A model generated the notes under the pieces. It did no database searches. It was not told the origin of the DNA and saw only the letters and a list, made by a program, of their open reading frames with translations. Shown piece after piece: positions 41,367-53,287 of a stretch of DNA of 64,000 bases. A program made the position numbers and the translations under genes. Origin of the DNA: Synechococcus sp. Its GTDB lineage: Bacteria > Cyanobacteriota > Cyanobacteriia > PCC-6307 > Cyanobiaceae. The first letter of the stretch is position 1. Each line of letters opens with the position of its first letter. The stretch covers positions 992,001 to 1,056,000 of the forward strand of contig JBJBCN010000002.1 of the NCBI GenBank assembly GCA_047285805.1, read 5' to 3'.

Positions 41367-42272
41367 ATGAGCCGCTACAGCCAGGTCCCACCGAAAGAAC
41401 GGCTGCCGGAATGGATCCGCACGCCGATCGGCAATGCCACCGAACTGGAGTCGGTGCAGGCCGTGGTGAAGCAGCAGCGGCTGCACACCATCTGCGAGGA
41501 AGGGCGCTGCCCAAACCGCGGGGAGTGCTACGCCTCCGGAACAGCCACGTTTTTGCTCGGGGGCTCAATCTGCACCCGCAGCTGCGCCTTCTGCCAGGTG
41601 GACAAGGGACTTGCCCCCGAGCCCTTAGATGACCAGGAGGCCGAGCGCGTCGCCGAGGCCGTCACCACCCTGGGTTTGCGCTACGTCGTGCTGACCTCGG
41701 TAGCACGGGATGATCAAGGCGACCACGGGGCCTCCCTCTTCACCCGGGCCATGGCCGCCATCCGGGCGCGGAATCCACTGATCGCCATTGAGGTGCTCAC
41801 CCCCGACTTCTGGGGGGGCTACCGCGACGAAGCCGAGTCGATCGACGCCCAACGGCAACGGCTGCAGACGGTGCTCGCAGCCCAGCCGGTCTGCTTTAAC
41901 CACAACCTTGAAACAGTGGAGCGCCTGCAGGGCGAGGTCCGCCGCGGTGCCACCTACCGCCGCTCCCTAGGACTGTTGGCCGCCGCACGCGAACTGGCGC
42001 CGGGGACCCCCACCAAAAGCGGGCTGATGCTCGGCCTCGGTGAAACCGCCGACGAGGTAGTCGCAGCCTTGCGCGATCTACGAGCCGTGGACTGCCAGCG
42101 GCTAACGATCGGCCAATACCTGAGACCCTCCTTGGTCCATATCCCCGTGGAGCGCTACTGGACTCCAGAGGAGTTCGACGAGCTGGGAGACATCGCCAAG
42201 GACTTGGGCTTCCAGGATGTCCGCTCTGGCCCTCTAGTACGCAGCAGCTATCACGCCGCAGATCCGACCTAA
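41367..42272 (+). CDS. lipA: Lipoyl synthase
   Basis: [28 protein letters not shown]. Confidence 0.95.
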   Translation: MSRYSQVPPKERLPEWIRTPIGNATELESVQAVVKQQRLHTICEEGRCPNRGECYASGTATFLLGGSICTRSCAFCQVDKGLAPEPLDDQEAERVAEAVTTLGLRYVVLTSVARDDQGDHGASLFTRAMAAIRARNPLIAIEVLTPDFWGGYRDEAESIDAQRQRLQTVLAAQPVCFNHNLETVERLQGEVRRGATYRRSLGLLAAARELAPGTPTKSGLMLGLGETADEVVAALRDLRAVDCQRLTIGQYLRPSLVHIPVERYWTPEEFDELGDIAKDLGFQDVRSGPLVRSSYHAADPT

Positions 42273-42640
42273 CTGCCGGGATGCCGATCCTCTTGGCGCA
42301 ATTCCAGGGCCAAGAAGAAGTTCAGGAGCGTCCTAATCAAGGCCACCGCACCCAGCTGAATCAGGGCACTGGGCTCGCGGCTGATCGTGGTCAAGACCAC
42401 ATCGGCTCCCAACTGAAACTCCAGCGCCAGGGCAACCCAGGAGCCAAAGGTGACCCGGGCCATCGTCACCGGACCCCGTTGAACCAGATGGGGAGGGATC
42501 TCCCGCAGCCGCAATTTGCGGGCGCCGCTCAGGACAGCCACCAAGCCGATCGCCACGGAAATCAGCGAGAGGAACTCCAGTAGCTGCCGAAGCGCTTGGG
42601 CGGAATGGCTGAGCAGTAGTTCCGTCCCATGGAGATCCAT
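42269..42640 (-). CDS. DUF1622 membrane protein
   Basis: [27 protein letters not shown]. Confidence 0.85.
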   Translation of the reverse strand: MDLHGTELLLSHSAQALRQLLEFLSLISVAIGLVAVLSGARKLRLREIPPHLVQRGPVTMARVTFGSWVALALEFQLGADVVLTTISREPSALIQLGAVALIRTLLNFFLALELRQEDRHPGS

Positions 42641-42651
42641 CGCCAGAGCCC

Positions 42652-43296
42652 TTAGCCGCTGCCCGCAGTGTGGCGCGCGCCAAAGGGCAACACAAGCAGC
42701 CCGGTATCCGGCTCGCCGTAGACCGCCACCGGGAATCCGTCGGCCAACAGCTCTGCGAAGAGCGCGCAGACCGCCGCATCAATCCAGTCGATGCTGCTCA
42801 ATCCACATCGCGAAACGCCAAAGCGCTCTATCAATGCTGAACGCTGCTCAAGCTTCAAGGCGGACTTCACCTCCAGCTGCGGGGAGAGCGCGATGGTGAC
42901 GCCGTGAGGAAAGCTCTCAAAACAACAGCGGCCCTCGAGGTCTTGTGTATCACGTGCAATCGTCAGCCCGTGACCTTGCAACGCCGAATACAGCGCTTCG
43001 CCGCGTAGCATCCAGCCATAGAAGTTGCTGCGGCTGGCCAGCGCCGCCTCCCGGGTGGGCGTCGCGAAGCAGTGCATACCGGCGGCCAAGAGCTGCCGCT
43101 CACAAAGGCGAGAGCGCTGCCCCGCTTGGGCCCAGCCGCAGGGGGCATCGATGGCGATACGGTCCGCCCGAAGACACCACTGCGCCAATGCCTCCTCATC
43201 GGAGGTGTTGAGCTGATCCACCACGCGGCGGCCCTCAAGCAAAACCGCGTGGAAGCCCTTGCGGGCGCCACCCACATCAATGCCAGCGACGATCAC
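42652..43296 (-). CDS. DUF429 family protein (predicted RNase H-like fold)
   Basis: AGIDVG, IAIDAP, ESFPH, IDAAVCA. Confidence 0.85.
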   Translation of the reverse strand: MIVAGIDVGGARKGFHAVLLEGRRVVDQLNTSDEEALAQWCLRADRIAIDAPCGWAQAGQRSRLCERQLLAAGMHCFATPTREAALASRSNFYGWMLRGEALYSALQGHGLTIARDTQDLEGRCCFESFPHGVTIALSPQLEVKSALKLEQRSALIERFGVSRCGLSSIDWIDAAVCALFAELLADGFPVAVYGEPDTGLLVLPFGARHTAGSG

Positions 43297-43790
43297 AGCA
43301 CGCGGCTGACACGCTCGAGACCCTGCGTAATGTCCCCGCGCATCAACAAGCCCGCACCACCCCAGACCAGGCGCAGGGGGAGATCCAGCACCGAGGCCGC
43401 CACCTCCCGGGTCGGCTCAAAGCCGAGCTGACGGAAATAGCGGACCAATCGGCGGTGCTGCTGATCGTTGTCGCGGATCGCCAGCAACCGGGCACTGCGG
43501 CAAGGGGTGGCCTCCAGGGCCCAGGCAAACGTGGCCGCCCAGATCAGGGCACCCACCCCCTGGGTGTCCTGGCCCTGGACACGCATTGTGTCGAGCTGCA
43601 GGCCATCGGGCAGGGGCAACGCCCAGGCCTTGAGTTCGCCGAGCAACAGCGGCGGCAGTCCCTCCCGCGGCCGCGCAACCACCACCCGCAGGGTCGTGAT
43701 GGCCAAGAGCTGTTTGACCTGCAACCGCAGCAGCAGCCCCCGCGCCGCGGCCCGTTGCTCAATCTCCGTGAGAGAGAAACGTTCAGCCAT
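43293..43790 (-). CDS. Conserved hypothetical protein, GNAT-like
   Basis: LQLDTMRV, ARLLAIRD, HRRLVRYFRQLGF, LVWGGAG. Confidence 0.75.
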   Translation of the reverse strand: MAERFSLTEIEQRAAARGLLLRLQVKQLLAITTLRVVVARPREGLPPLLLGELKAWALPLPDGLQLDTMRVQGQDTQGVGALIWAATFAWALEATPCRSARLLAIRDNDQQHRRLVRYFRQLGFEPTREVAASVLDLPLRLVWGGAGLLMRGDITQGLERVSRVL

Positions 43791-43792
43791 GG

Positions 43793-44737
43793 CTACCAGC
43801 GCTCCACCAGACAAACCGCATCCAAGGGCAACGGCCCATACAGATGGGGGAAGAGCTCACCGCTGCCGGGACCGCCGGCCTCCGGGCGCACCTCGATGCC
43901 ATGGGCCGCCAAGCAGCTGGGATCGATCACCAGCAAGCGCAGATCGCTGACATCGGCGTAGAAGCGCTGGTGGGTCCCCTCCAATTGTTCCGCGTAGCTT
44001 GCATGGATGAAGCCCACCTGCTCCAGGCTCTGGCCGCGGGTGGAGATTCGGTACTCCCCGAGCTGACGGGCCTGCTGCCAATCGGAGGCCAGAGCCAGGT
44101 GATAGAACCAACGCGGTGAACGCCAGCAGCGTCGCTCGGCCCAGGGGGAGTCCATCACTTGCGCCAACAGCTCGGAGCGCTCAAACCGCGCCAAAGAGTC
44201 CTTCAGGCCCTCCAGAGCGGGCTCCGCCGCGAAGCCATCCGGGTCCGCCAGGCGGAACTGGCGCACAAAGGGCAACACCGCCCAATCTGCCAAGGTGGCC
44301 TGCGCTCCGAGTACCCCCCCCCCAACAGCGAGGCGCTGCTCCCACTCGCGCAGGATCGCCAAAGCAGCCGCCCGATGCTCCAAGGGGGCCGCCTCCCTGA
44401 AGCGGTCCGGGTACTTAAAGCGATCCAGGTGCCGTTTGAAGGGCCCGTCGTTCTGGGCAATCAAGGCTGCGGTTTCAGCCCCATCCGCCTGCAACCAGCC
44501 GAGCGGATCGGCCTGCTCGAGCGCCCACCGCATGATTTCGAGGCTCTCCTCGAGCACGGCACCATCGACTTGCACGAGCACGGGAACGGTGCCCTTGGCT
44601 GAGACCTCCAGGAGCTCCGGTGCCTTGGCTTTTAAGGCCACCTCCCGCAACTCCACCGCCTGCCCCGCAGCCGCCAGGGCCAGGCGCGCCCGCATCGCAT
44701 AGGGACAACGGCGGAAGCTGTAGAGAACGGGCAGCAT
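43793..44737 (-). CDS. Glutathione S-transferase fused to DUF952
   Basis: YSFRRCPYAMRAR, GTVPVL, EESLEI; C-terminal YHLA..STRG..GFIHAS..LFPHLYG. Confidence 0.85.
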   Translation of the reverse strand: MLPVLYSFRRCPYAMRARLALAAAGQAVELREVALKAKAPELLEVSAKGTVPVLVQVDGAVLEESLEIMRWALEQADPLGWLQADGAETAALIAQNDGPFKRHLDRFKYPDRFREAAPLEHRAAALAILREWEQRLAVGGGVLGAQATLADWAVLPFVRQFRLADPDGFAAEPALEGLKDSLARFERSELLAQVMDSPWAERRCWRSPRWFYHLALASDWQQARQLGEYRISTRGQSLEQVGFIHASYAEQLEGTHQRFYADVSDLRLLVIDPSCLAAHGIEVRPEAGGPGSGELFPHLYGPLPLDAVCLVERW

Positions 44738-44742
44738 CCGCC

Positions 44743-45657
44743 CTAACCGAGGTGCTGCTGACCGCGCTCGCGGGCAAAGTGCATCTGGCGCTGGCGCTCG
44801 GCAAAGCGCTCGCGATCCGCGTCACTGAACCGATCTATGCAATGGGGACAACTGATCCCTTCGCGGTAACTGGGCTCCAAGCGCTGCGCCGGGGACAACG
44901 GCAAACCGCAGGCATGACAGAGGCTGTAGCTACCGGGCTTCAACTGGTGATTGACAGTCACCCGCTGATCGAAGACATAGCACTCCCCCTTCCAACTGCT
45001 GCGCTTCTCGGGGATCTCCTCGAGGTATTTGAGGATTCCGCCCTTCAGGTGATGAACGTTCTCAAAGCCCTGCTGCAGCAAATAGGCCGTGCTCTTCTCG
45101 CAGCGAATGCCCCCGGTGCAGAACATGGCAATCGCCTTGGGTTGCTTCTCCTCCACTAGCGGCCGTAGCGTCTGCTCGACCCAGGCGGGGAATTCACGAA
45201 AGCTCTCCGTGCCCGGATCAATCGCCCCGACGAAGCTGCCCACCTCCACCTCGTAGCGATTGCGCGTGTCCACCACCAAGGTGTCCGGATCAGCGATCAG
45301 GGCGTTCCACTGCTCGGGGGGGACATAGGTCCCCACCTGCTCGGCCGGCTTCACCGTGGGGCAGCCCATGGTGACAATCTCCCGCTTCAGCCGCACCTTG
45401 AGCCGATGGAAGGTCTGCTGCTCCGCGCGGCTGAACTTGGCCTCGAGCCCCCCCAGGCCGGGCAGCTGCCGGAGCCGCTCCAGGACCGCCGTCACTCCGG
45501 CATCGGAACCACTGATGGTGCCGTTCACCCCTTCTTCGGCCAGCAGGATCGTGCCCCGTATGCCCCCCTGCTCCGCGAGAGCCTTGAGCTCCTGCTGCAA
45601 CGCCGGCAGTCCCTCCATGGCGGTGAAGCCATAGAAGGCCATCACCATGCTGCTCAC
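44743..45657 (-). CDS. trhO: Rhodanese-domain tRNA U34 hydroxylase
   Basis: [41 protein letters not shown]. Confidence 0.9.
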   Translation of the reverse strand: MSSMVMAFYGFTAMEGLPALQQELKALAEQGGIRGTILLAEEGVNGTISGSDAGVTAVLERLRQLPGLGGLEAKFSRAEQQTFHRLKVRLKREIVTMGCPTVKPAEQVGTYVPPEQWNALIADPDTLVVDTRNRYEVEVGSFVGAIDPGTESFREFPAWVEQTLRPLVEEKQPKAIAMFCTGGIRCEKSTAYLLQQGFENVHHLKGGILKYLEEIPEKRSSWKGECYVFDQRVTVNHQLKPGSYSLCHACGLPLSPAQRLEPSYREGISCPHCIDRFSDADRERFAERQRQMHFARERGQQHLG

Positions 45658-46631
45658 GCCGGCACCTGCTCCTGCCAGGGGCTGACGCCCGCCAGGGCCA
45701 TCAGCTGCTGATCGGCCTCCACATCGGGGTTTCCGGTGGTCAGCAGGGTCTCGCCGTAGAAGATCGAATCGGCCCCCGCCAACAGGCAGAGCACCTGACC
45801 CTCACGGCTCATGGTTTCCCGGCCCGCACTCAGGCGGACACGGCTGTGGGGCATCAGGATCCGGGCGACGGCCACCATGCGCACCAGATCGAGGGGATCA
45901 ACGGCGGGTTGCTCCTCCAGCGGGGTACCATCAACCGCCACCAAGGCATTGATCGGAACGCTCTCGGGATGCGGGTTCATAGAGGCCAGCACCTGCAGCA
46001 GCGAGGCCCGGTCGGTCAGGCTTTCGCCCATGCCGATGATCCCGCCGCAGCACATCGAGATCCCGGCCTTGCGCACCCGGGCCAGGGTCTCGAGGCGCTC
46101 TTCATAGGTGCGGGTTGTGATGATCCGGTTGTAGTGCTCCGGGCTCGTATCGAGGTTGTGGTTGTAGGAGGTCAATCCCGCCTCGGACAAGCGGGCGGCC
46201 TGACTGTCAGTCAGCATCCCTGCGGTGACACAGGCCTCCATGCCCAGCTCCCTGACGCCGCGGACCATCGACAACATCGCCTCAAAGGGGGCGCCATCAC
46301 GGATGTCGCGCCAGGCCCATCCCATGCAGAAGCGATGGGCACCGGCCTCTTTGGCTGCTCGGGCCCGGGCCAAGACGGGCTCCACCTCGAGCTCAGGCTG
46401 TCCAGCCACATCGCTGCTGTTGTGCATCGACTGCGGGCAGTAGGCGCAGTCCTCCTCGCAGCCCCCAGTTTTGACACTCAAGAGGGAGGCCAACTGAACC
46501 CGGTACCCGGGATTCGCCTGACGGTGCACCTCTTGGGCCTGCCAGAGCAGATCCATCAGCGGCAGCTCCAGGAGCGCCTGGATCTCAGCGGTGCTCCAGT
46601 CGTGGCGCACCGAAAGGGGAGAGGAGGTCAC
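45654..46631 (-). CDS. bioB: Biotin synthase
   Basis: [36 protein letters not shown]. Confidence 0.96.
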   Translation of the reverse strand: MTSSPLSVRHDWSTAEIQALLELPLMDLLWQAQEVHRQANPGYRVQLASLLSVKTGGCEEDCAYCPQSMHNSSDVAGQPELEVEPVLARARAAKEAGAHRFCMGWAWRDIRDGAPFEAMLSMVRGVRELGMEACVTAGMLTDSQAARLSEAGLTSYNHNLDTSPEHYNRIITTRTYEERLETLARVRKAGISMCCGGIIGMGESLTDRASLLQVLASMNPHPESVPINALVAVDGTPLEEQPAVDPLDLVRMVAVARILMPHSRVRLSAGRETMSREGQVLCLLAGADSIFYGETLLTTGNPDVEADQQLMALAGVSPWQEQVPA

Positions 46632-46636
46632 AGGAG

Positions 46637-47431
46637 TCAGGAGGAGACGGATTCAACGCCACCGAAGCGGCGTTGGCGGTTCTGGAAATCCATCAAGGAC
46701 GTCACCAGGGCCGCTTCATCGAAATCGGGCCAGAGGACGTCGGTGATGTGCAGCTCGGAGTAGGCCAATTGCCAGAGCAGAAAATTGCTGATGCGCTGCT
46801 CACCGCTGGTGCGAATCAACAGATCGGGATCCGGCTCACCAGCGGTGAGGAGCTTTGAGGCAAAGGCCTGCTCATCGATGGCCGCTGGCTCGAGCTCGCC
46901 CCGGTCCACCTGCTCGGCCAAAAGCCTGGCGGCGCGGACCAGCTCGCGGCGACCGCCGTAGTTGGTGCAGACGTTGAAGCGAATACCGGTATTGGAGGCG
47001 GTGCGATCCGTGGCGTCCTGGATCAGCTGTTGCAGTCCATCGGGAAGCTGCTCGAGATCGCCTAGGAAGCGGATGCGCACCTGCTCCTGGTCCAGCGCCT
47101 TCAGCTCTTTGGCGAGGACTCGCTCGAACAGGGTCATCAGGAAGCTCACCTCTTCTCCGGGTCGGTTCCAGTTCTCAGTGGAAAAAGCGTATGCCGTCAG
47201 CGAGCCAATCCCCCAGTCGCTGCAGAGGCGCAGGGTGCGCTTGAGAGCTTCAACGCCCTCACGGTGACCCATTACCCGAGGCAACTTGCGCTGGCCGGCC
47301 CAGCGGCCGTTGCCGTCCATGATCACGGCGACATGGGTGGGCAGGCGACCTGGGTCCAGCCCGGGCGGGAGGGCGCAGCGCGATGGCCTGTTCCCTTCAA
47401 AAGTTGGTGCAGTCGTCAGGGAACGACTCAT
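46637..47431 (-). CDS. uppS: Isoprenyl (undecaprenyl) diphosphate synthase
   Basis: [36 protein letters not shown]. Confidence 0.96.
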   Translation of the reverse strand: MSRSLTTAPTFEGNRPSRCALPPGLDPGRLPTHVAVIMDGNGRWAGQRKLPRVMGHREGVEALKRTLRLCSDWGIGSLTAYAFSTENWNRPGEEVSFLMTLFERVLAKELKALDQEQVRIRFLGDLEQLPDGLQQLIQDATDRTASNTGIRFNVCTNYGGRRELVRAARLLAEQVDRGELEPAAIDEQAFASKLLTAGEPDPDLLIRTSGEQRISNFLLWQLAYSELHITDVLWPDFDEAALVTSLMDFQNRQRRFGGVESVSS

Positions 47432-48264
47432 GCGAGAGGCTCCGACGAATCTACGGACACGCTACGACCAGCACTTTTTGTTGCTGATTTCGGAGCCTGG
47501 GCGAGGGCCTCACTCAGCAATTCCTGCAGGCGAGAGCTGGTAATCGGTCGCTCCAACCGACCCTGCTTCGCCAGCGAGAGGGTGCCCGTTTCCTCGGAAA
47601 CCACGATGCAAAGGCAGCGATCAAAACGCTCAGTGATCCCCAAAGCCGCTAAGTGGCGGGTGCCATAGCGATTGAGACCTTGGCGGGAGAGCGGCAGGAT
47701 CACGCCGGCCGAGAGGATGCGATTGCCCTTGACCAGCACCGCGCCGTCATGGAGAGGTGTGTCGATGGCAAAGACGTTGAGCAGCAAATCAACCGAGAGC
47801 TGGGCATCGAGGGCAATGCCGGGATTCAGGAAGTCCTCCGGGCGCAGGTCGCTGCCGAGATCGAGGACGATCAGGCCGCCGCGGCGGATCTGGGAGAGGC
47901 GTCCAGCGGCCTCACTGAGGACACCGACCGAGCTCGAGGCGAGCTTGTCGGCCCGTTGACTGCCGAACAAGACATCCAGGCGCCCGGTTCCCAGCAGCTC
48001 CATCAGGCGCCGCAATTCCCCCTGCCAGAGGATGGCCAGGGCCAAGCTGCAGGCCATGACCAGGGCGTCCACCAACTTGCTGGTGAGGGGCAAATTGGCG
48101 TAGCGCTGAACCACCCAGGCCAGGGCCACTAGCGTCAGATAGCCCCGCAACAGCCAGAGGGTGCGCGGCTCGTTCACCCGAGCCAACACGACCATGCCAA
48201 GGGCTGTGGCCAACAAGAGATCCAGCACGAAGCCCAGCTGGATTCCCCCGATCAACCCGAGCAC
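47428..48264 (-). CDS. cdaA: Diadenylate cyclase CdaA
   Basis: Three N-terminal TM helices, [21 protein letters not shown]. Confidence 0.93.
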   Translation of the reverse strand: MLGLIGGIQLGFVLDLLLATALGMVVLARVNEPRTLWLLRGYLTLVALAWVVQRYANLPLTSKLVDALVMACSLALAILWQGELRRLMELLGTGRLDVLFGSQRADKLASSSVGVLSEAAGRLSQIRRGGLIVLDLGSDLRPEDFLNPGIALDAQLSVDLLLNVFAIDTPLHDGAVLVKGNRILSAGVILPLSRQGLNRYGTRHLAALGITERFDRCLCIVVSEETGTLSLAKQGRLERPITSSRLQELLSEALAQAPKSATKSAGRSVSVDSSEPLA

Positions 48265-48285
48265 CCTTGCTCTATTCGCTGAGTA

Positions 48286-49677
48286 TCAGCGTACCGGCCG
48301 GAGGCGTTCGGGAAGAACGTCATAGCGCAACAATTCCTCTGGCAACTCGCGGCGTTGCACCAACTCCGCCATCCCGTCATGCACCATCACCGCTGCGGGG
48401 CGGGGAATTCGATTGTAGTTGGAGGCCATCGAGGCGTTGTAGGCACCGGTGGCAAAGACTGCCAAAACATCGCCCGTTTGCGAGGGAGGCAGGGCCAAGT
48501 CCTTCAGCAAAACATCACCGGACTCGCAGTGCTTGCCGGCCAGGGTGACGGTGTCGCTGGCCTCGGCCTCGGGTCGATCAGCCAGGACGGCGGTGTAAAG
48601 CGATTGATAGGTGATCGGCCTGGGGTTGTCGCTCATCCCACCATCGACGGAGATGTAGGTGCGAATCCCGGGGATCTCCTTGCGGCTGCCAACGCTGTAA
48701 AGGGTTACCCCCGCAGTGGCCACCAGGGAGCGGCCGGGCTCACAGAGCAGGCGAGGAAGGTCCAATCCCCGCTCATGGCAAGCACCCGCGACGGCTTCGG
48801 CAACAGTGCGCACCCATTCATCAATGGACGGCGGGTCGTCGGATTCGACATAACGGATCCCCAGGCCACCGCCGACGTTCAGATCTGAGACGGGATGGCC
48901 GAGTTCACGCGACAGCTTGAGCGCATCCGCCATCACAGCCGCCAGGTCGCGGTGGGGTTGAAGCTCGAAAATCTGCGAACCGATGTGGGCGTGCAGGCCG
49001 GTGACCAGGGCCCAGCTGCAGCCCTTGAGGTGCTGCAGCACCGGCTCGAGTTGATCGGGGTCAAATCCGAACTTGCTGTCCAGGTGCCCGGTTCGGATGT
49101 ACTCGTGCGTGTGGCACTCGATCCCTGGGGTGAAGCGCAGCATCAGGCGCACGGGCTGGTTCAAGCCGAGCTCGGCGAGCAAATCGAGGTCGGACCAGTT
49201 ATCGGCCACCACGGTGACGCCGAGGTCAGCCGCCAGCTGGAGCTCATCACGGCTCTTGTTATTGCCATGGAAAACGATGCGCTCCGGGGGCATACCCCCC
49301 TGAACCGCCGTTAGCAGCTCACCGGCGGAGACGGCATCGAGGCCAAGGCCCTCCGAAGCGACGACGGCGGTGATCGCCAGGCTGCTATTGGCCTTGGAGG
49401 CGTAGAGCGCCAACGCCGCCCCGGGGTAGTGGGAGGCCAGAGCCTTGCGGTAGGCCTGAGCCGTGCCACGCAAGGTGGCCTCATCGAGCACATACAAGGG
49501 TGTGCCGTAGCGGCGAGCCAGATCGCTCAGGCCGCAGCCACCCACTTCCAACGCGCCGGTGGGGCCAACGGACGTGGTGACCGGAGTCAGGTTGCGGTTG
49601 GGGCTGCTGTTATCGCGGTTGTTCTCAAAGGGCCGGTTGCTCACTTTGAGATCGGCTGTCGCCATCGAAGAAGTCAT
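48286..49677 (-). CDS. lysA: Diaminopimelate decarboxylase
   Basis: YASKA, HGNNKS, HIGSQ, EPGR, KHCESGD, GAY..MASNYN. Confidence 0.96.
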   Translation of the reverse strand: MTSSMATADLKVSNRPFENNRDNSSPNRNLTPVTTSVGPTGALEVGGCGLSDLARRYGTPLYVLDEATLRGTAQAYRKALASHYPGAALALYASKANSSLAITAVVASEGLGLDAVSAGELLTAVQGGMPPERIVFHGNNKSRDELQLAADLGVTVVADNWSDLDLLAELGLNQPVRLMLRFTPGIECHTHEYIRTGHLDSKFGFDPDQLEPVLQHLKGCSWALVTGLHAHIGSQIFELQPHRDLAAVMADALKLSRELGHPVSDLNVGGGLGIRYVESDDPPSIDEWVRTVAEAVAGACHERGLDLPRLLCEPGRSLVATAGVTLYSVGSRKEIPGIRTYISVDGGMSDNPRPITYQSLYTAVLADRPEAEASDTVTLAGKHCESGDVLLKDLALPPSQTGDVLAVFATGAYNASMASNYNRIPRPAAVMVHDGMAELVQRRELPEELLRYDVLPERLRPVR

Positions 49678-49711
49678 CTAGCGATCCTAAAGAGGACGCA
49701 TCGAGGCCACC

Positions 49712-50176
49712 GTGGCGCCCAACACAGCCGATCCATCTACCCGGCTCTCGCCCTTGCTGCCCGAGCACCTCACCCCTTGCCTCGCCCTGGATCAAGCCGC
49801 CCTGGGGGGCCTCTGGAGCGAGGCGCAGTGGAGCAGGGAACTTGCCGACTTGAAGCGACCAGGACTGGGTTTCTGGCGAGGCCAGCAGCTGATCGCCCTC
49901 GCCTGCGGGCTGCTTGTGCTGGACGAACTGCAAATCACAGCCGTGGCCGTGGCCCCAGAACACCGGCGTCAAGGCCTCGGACGACAGATCTTGCATTACC
50001 TTTTGAATGAGGCCCACGGCCAAGGCGCCCGCCAGGCAACCCTCGAGGTGGCCGCCGACAACACAGCGGCCCTAGCGCTTTATGGACAACTCGGCTTCAG
50101 CACAGCCGGAATCCGTCGCAGCTACTACCGCAATGGAAGCGATGCCCTGATCCAATGGGTAGCAATACGCAACTGA
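49712..50176 (+). CDS. rimI: RimI-like GNAT N-acetyltransferase
   Basis: VAVAPEHRRQGLG, LEVAADN..ALALY..GF..RRSYY. Confidence 0.85.
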   Translation: MAPNTADPSTRLSPLLPEHLTPCLALDQAALGGLWSEAQWSRELADLKRPGLGFWRGQQLIALACGLLVLDELQITAVAVAPEHRRQGLGRQILHYLLNEAHGQGARQATLEVAADNTAALALYGQLGFSTAGIRRSYYRNGSDALIQWVAIRN

Positions 50177-50358
50177 GAGGCGGTACGGATTACCGCCCCT
50201 TACTGATAGCGAGAACCGGAAACTTTTGATCGCTTCAGTGTGACGATCACGCGGGCGAATCGCTGTCGTGGAGACGATTTCTGGACATTTGAAATCTATC
50301 CCACACACGCCCAAGCAACCCTGATAAATTGGGGGTACATGCAGCCAGGCCCCGCCCC

Positions 50359-52926
50359 ATGTTTGAGCGGTTTACTGAGAAGGCCATCAAGGTGATCATG
50401 CTGGCCCAGGAAGAGGCCCGCCGCCTGGGTCACAACTTTGTGGGCACCGAGCAAATCCTCCTAGGCCTGATCGGAGAAGGCACCGGCGTCGCCGCGAAGG
50501 TCCTCAAGTCCATGGGGGTCAACCTCAAGGACGCTCGGGTAGAAGTCGAGAAGATCATCGGCCGCGGTTCCGGCTTCGTCGCGGTTGAGATTCCATTCAC
50601 GCCCAGAGCCAAACGGGTACTGGAGCTTTCCCTGGAGGAAGCGCGCCAGCTCGGCCACAACTACATAGGTACGGAACACCTACTCCTTGGCCTGATCCGC
50701 GAAGGCGAAGGCGTCGCGGCCCGTGTTCTCGAGAACCTCGGCGTCGACCTGGCCAAGGTGCGCACCCAGGTTATTCGCATGCTCGGCGAGACCGCTGAAG
50801 TCGCCAGCGGCGGCGGGAGTGGCGCTGGGAAGGGTTCCACGAAGACCCCGACCCTGGACGAATTCGGCAGCAACCTGACCCAGCAGGCATCCGACGGCAA
50901 GCTCGACCCCGTCGTCGGTCGCCAGCACGAAATCGAGCGGGTCATCCAGATTCTGGGTCGCCGCACCAAGAACAATCCGGTTCTGATCGGTGAGCCCGGC
51001 GTGGGCAAGACGGCTATTGCCGAGGGGCTGGCCCAGCGCATCAACTCTGGCGATGTCCCCGACATCCTTGAAGACAAGCGCGTCCTCACCCTGGATATTG
51101 GCCTACTGGTGGCCGGCACTAAGTACCGGGGCGAATTCGAAGAACGACTCAAAAAGATCATGGAGGAGATCCGTGGCGCCGGGAACGTGATCCTGGTGAT
51201 CGACGAGGTCCACACCCTGATTGGAGCCGGCGCAGCCGAGGGGGCCATTGATGCCGCCAATATCCTCAAGCCAGCCCTGGCTCGCGGAGAACTGCAGTGC
51301 ATCGGTGCAACCACCCTCGACGAGTACCGCAAACACATCGAGCGGGATGCTGCGCTTGAGCGTCGCTTCCAGCCTGTGCAAGTGGGCGAGCCCTCGGTCG
51401 AGGACACCATTGAGATCCTGCGGGGCCTGAAGGAGCGCTACGAATCGCACCACCGCCTCAAGATTGCCGATGAGGCCCTAGTGGCAGCCGCGACTCTGGG
51501 AGACCGCTACATCTCCGATCGCTTCCTCCCGGACAAAGCCATCGACCTGATCGACGAAGCCGGTAGCCGGGTGCGTCTTATGAATTCCAAGTTGCCCACG
51601 GCAGCCAAGGAAGTCGACAAGCAACTGCGCGACATTGAGAAACAAAAGGATGAAGCCGTGCGCGAGCAGGACTTCACCAAGGCCGGAGAACTGCGCGACA
51701 AGGAAGTGGAACTGCGCGAGCAGATCCGCTCGATCCTTCAGAACCGCAACGAAGACAAGCCAGTGGTTGAGTCGACGGAAGCTTCAAGCGAAGCCACCAC
51801 TACTGAGGCTCCCGTGGCTGTTGTTGAGGCCCCGGTTGCAGCCATGTCCGAATCCGGTCCCATGGTGACCGAAGAAGACATTGCTCAGATCGTTGCCTCC
51901 TGGACCGGCGTTCCTGTCCAGAAGCTCACCGAGAGCGAGTCGGCGAAACTGCTGAACATGGAGGAAACACTCCACCAGCGCTTGATAGGCCAGGACGAAG
52001 CCGTGAAGGCCGTATCCCGGGCCATCCGCCGTGCCCGGGTTGGTCTGAAGAACCCCAACCGTCCTATCGCCAGCTTTATCTTCTCCGGCCCCACGGGTGT
52101 CGGTAAGACCGAGCTAACAAAGTCCCTGGCGTCCTACTTCTTCGGCAGCGAAGAGGCGATGATCCGCCTGGACATGTCGGAGTTCATGGAACGCCACACT
52201 GTCAGCAAGCTGATCGGCTCGCCTCCCGGCTATGTGGGCTTTAACGAAGGCGGTCAGCTGACTGAAGCGGTGCGTCGTCGGCCTTACACTGTCGTGCTCT
52301 TCGACGAGATCGAGAAGGCTCACCCTGATGTCTTCAACCTGCTGCTCCAACTCCTGGAAGACGGTCGACTGACCGATTCCAAGGGCCGCACAGTGGACTT
52401 CAAGAATACCTTGATCATCATGACCTCGAACATCGGCTCGAAGGTCATCGAGAAAGGTGGCGGGGGACTCGGTTTCGAGTTCTCTGGTGGCGATGCCGAA
52501 GAAACGAACTACAACCGTATCCGTTCCTTGGTGAACGAAGAGCTGAAGCAGTACTTCCGCCCTGAGTTCCTGAACCGTCTCGACGAAATCATCGTTTTCC
52601 GTCAGCTCAGCCGCGATGAGGTGAAGGAGATCTCCGAAATTATGCTCAAGGAGGTCTTCACTCGGATGCAGGAGAAAGGCATCATCCTGACAGTGACCGA
52701 AGCCTTCAAGGAACGACTGGTGGACGAGGGTTACAACCCCAGCTACGGCGCCCGCCCGCTTCGACGCGCGGTGATGCGTCTGCTGGAAGATTCCCTCGCC
52801 GAAGAGTTCCTCTCCGGCCGGATCGGCGAAGGAGACACCGCACTGGTGGACGTTGACGACGACAAGCAGGTGGTCATCCGCAAGGACTCCACCACGCCTT
52901 CGATCCCTGAGTTTGCTTCCGTCTAA
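50359..52926 (+). CDS. clpC: ATP-dependent Clp protease ATP-binding subunit ClpC
   Basis: [12 protein letters not shown], two Walker A motifs ([16 protein letters not shown]), LGF ClpP-docking loop. Confidence 0.97.
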   Translation: MFERFTEKAIKVIMLAQEEARRLGHNFVGTEQILLGLIGEGTGVAAKVLKSMGVNLKDARVEVEKIIGRGSGFVAVEIPFTPRAKRVLELSLEEARQLGHNYIGTEHLLLGLIREGEGVAARVLENLGVDLAKVRTQVIRMLGETAEVASGGGSGAGKGSTKTPTLDEFGSNLTQQASDGKLDPVVGRQHEIERVIQILGRRTKNNPVLIGEPGVGKTAIAEGLAQRINSGDVPDILEDKRVLTLDIGLLVAGTKYRGEFEERLKKIMEEIRGAGNVILVIDEVHTLIGAGAAEGAIDAANILKPALARGELQCIGATTLDEYRKHIERDAALERRFQPVQVGEPSVEDTIEILRGLKERYESHHRLKIADEALVAAATLGDRYISDRFLPDKAIDLIDEAGSRVRLMNSKLPTAAKEVDKQLRDIEKQKDEAVREQDFTKAGELRDKEVELREQIRSILQNRNEDKPVVESTEASSEATTTEAPVAVVEAPVAAMSESGPMVTEEDIAQIVASWTGVPVQKLTESESAKLLNMEETLHQRLIGQDEAVKAVSRAIRRARVGLKNPNRPIASFIFSGPTGVGKTELTKSLASYFFGSEEAMIRLDMSEFMERHTVSKLIGSPPGYVGFNEGGQLTEAVRRRPYTVVLFDEIEKAHPDVFNLLLQLLEDGRLTDSKGRTVDFKNTLIIMTSNIGSKVIEKGGGGLGFEFSGGDAEETNYNRIRSLVNEELKQYFRPEFLNRLDEIIVFRQLSRDEVKEISEIMLKEVFTRMQEKGIILTVTEAFKERLVDEGYNPSYGARPLRRAVMRLLEDSLAEEFLSGRIGEGDTALVDVDDDKQVVIRKDSTTPSIPEFASV

Positions 52927-52956
52927 AGCAGACTTTCATTCACAAAAAGATTTCCC

Positions 52957-52983
52957 AAGCCCGGTCAGAGACCGGGCTTTTTT
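52957..52983 (+). terminator. clpC intrinsic terminator
   Basis: AAGCCCGGTC-AGA-GACCGGGCTT followed by a T run. Confidence 0.85.
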
Positions 52984-53192
52984 ATGTACGGACCCGAGGT
53001 ATCAGAACGGAGAGAAGGGATGAACGAAAAGAGGGAGGAAAGAGGTTCAGCCCCCCACAAGGCGTAAAATGGACAAACAAAGAATTTAGAAATACACCCT
53101 AAATCAACCACTTCAAAGCGGAGGCGAACAACGGATACCGCGCTTTGTCGAATGAACAGCCAACAGAAAATCAAAGAATTGGGTGTTGAGGC

Positions 53193-53255
53193 GAAACACG
53201 GATCTGGCAGAAGCTGTGTGGCAACTGGAAGCAAGTGCACGTTCACCGCTCCTGA
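53193..53255 (+). pseudogene. C-terminal relic of an NTF2-fold (CaMKII association domain/DUF4440-like) gene
   Basis: ETRIWQKLCGNWKQVHVHRS* resembles the ETRVW..W..VHFHRS family C-terminus; upstream sequence is broken. Confidence 0.55.
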
Positions 53256-53287
53256 TTGCGAGGCAGTCTGACTAGATTGATGAAGTC

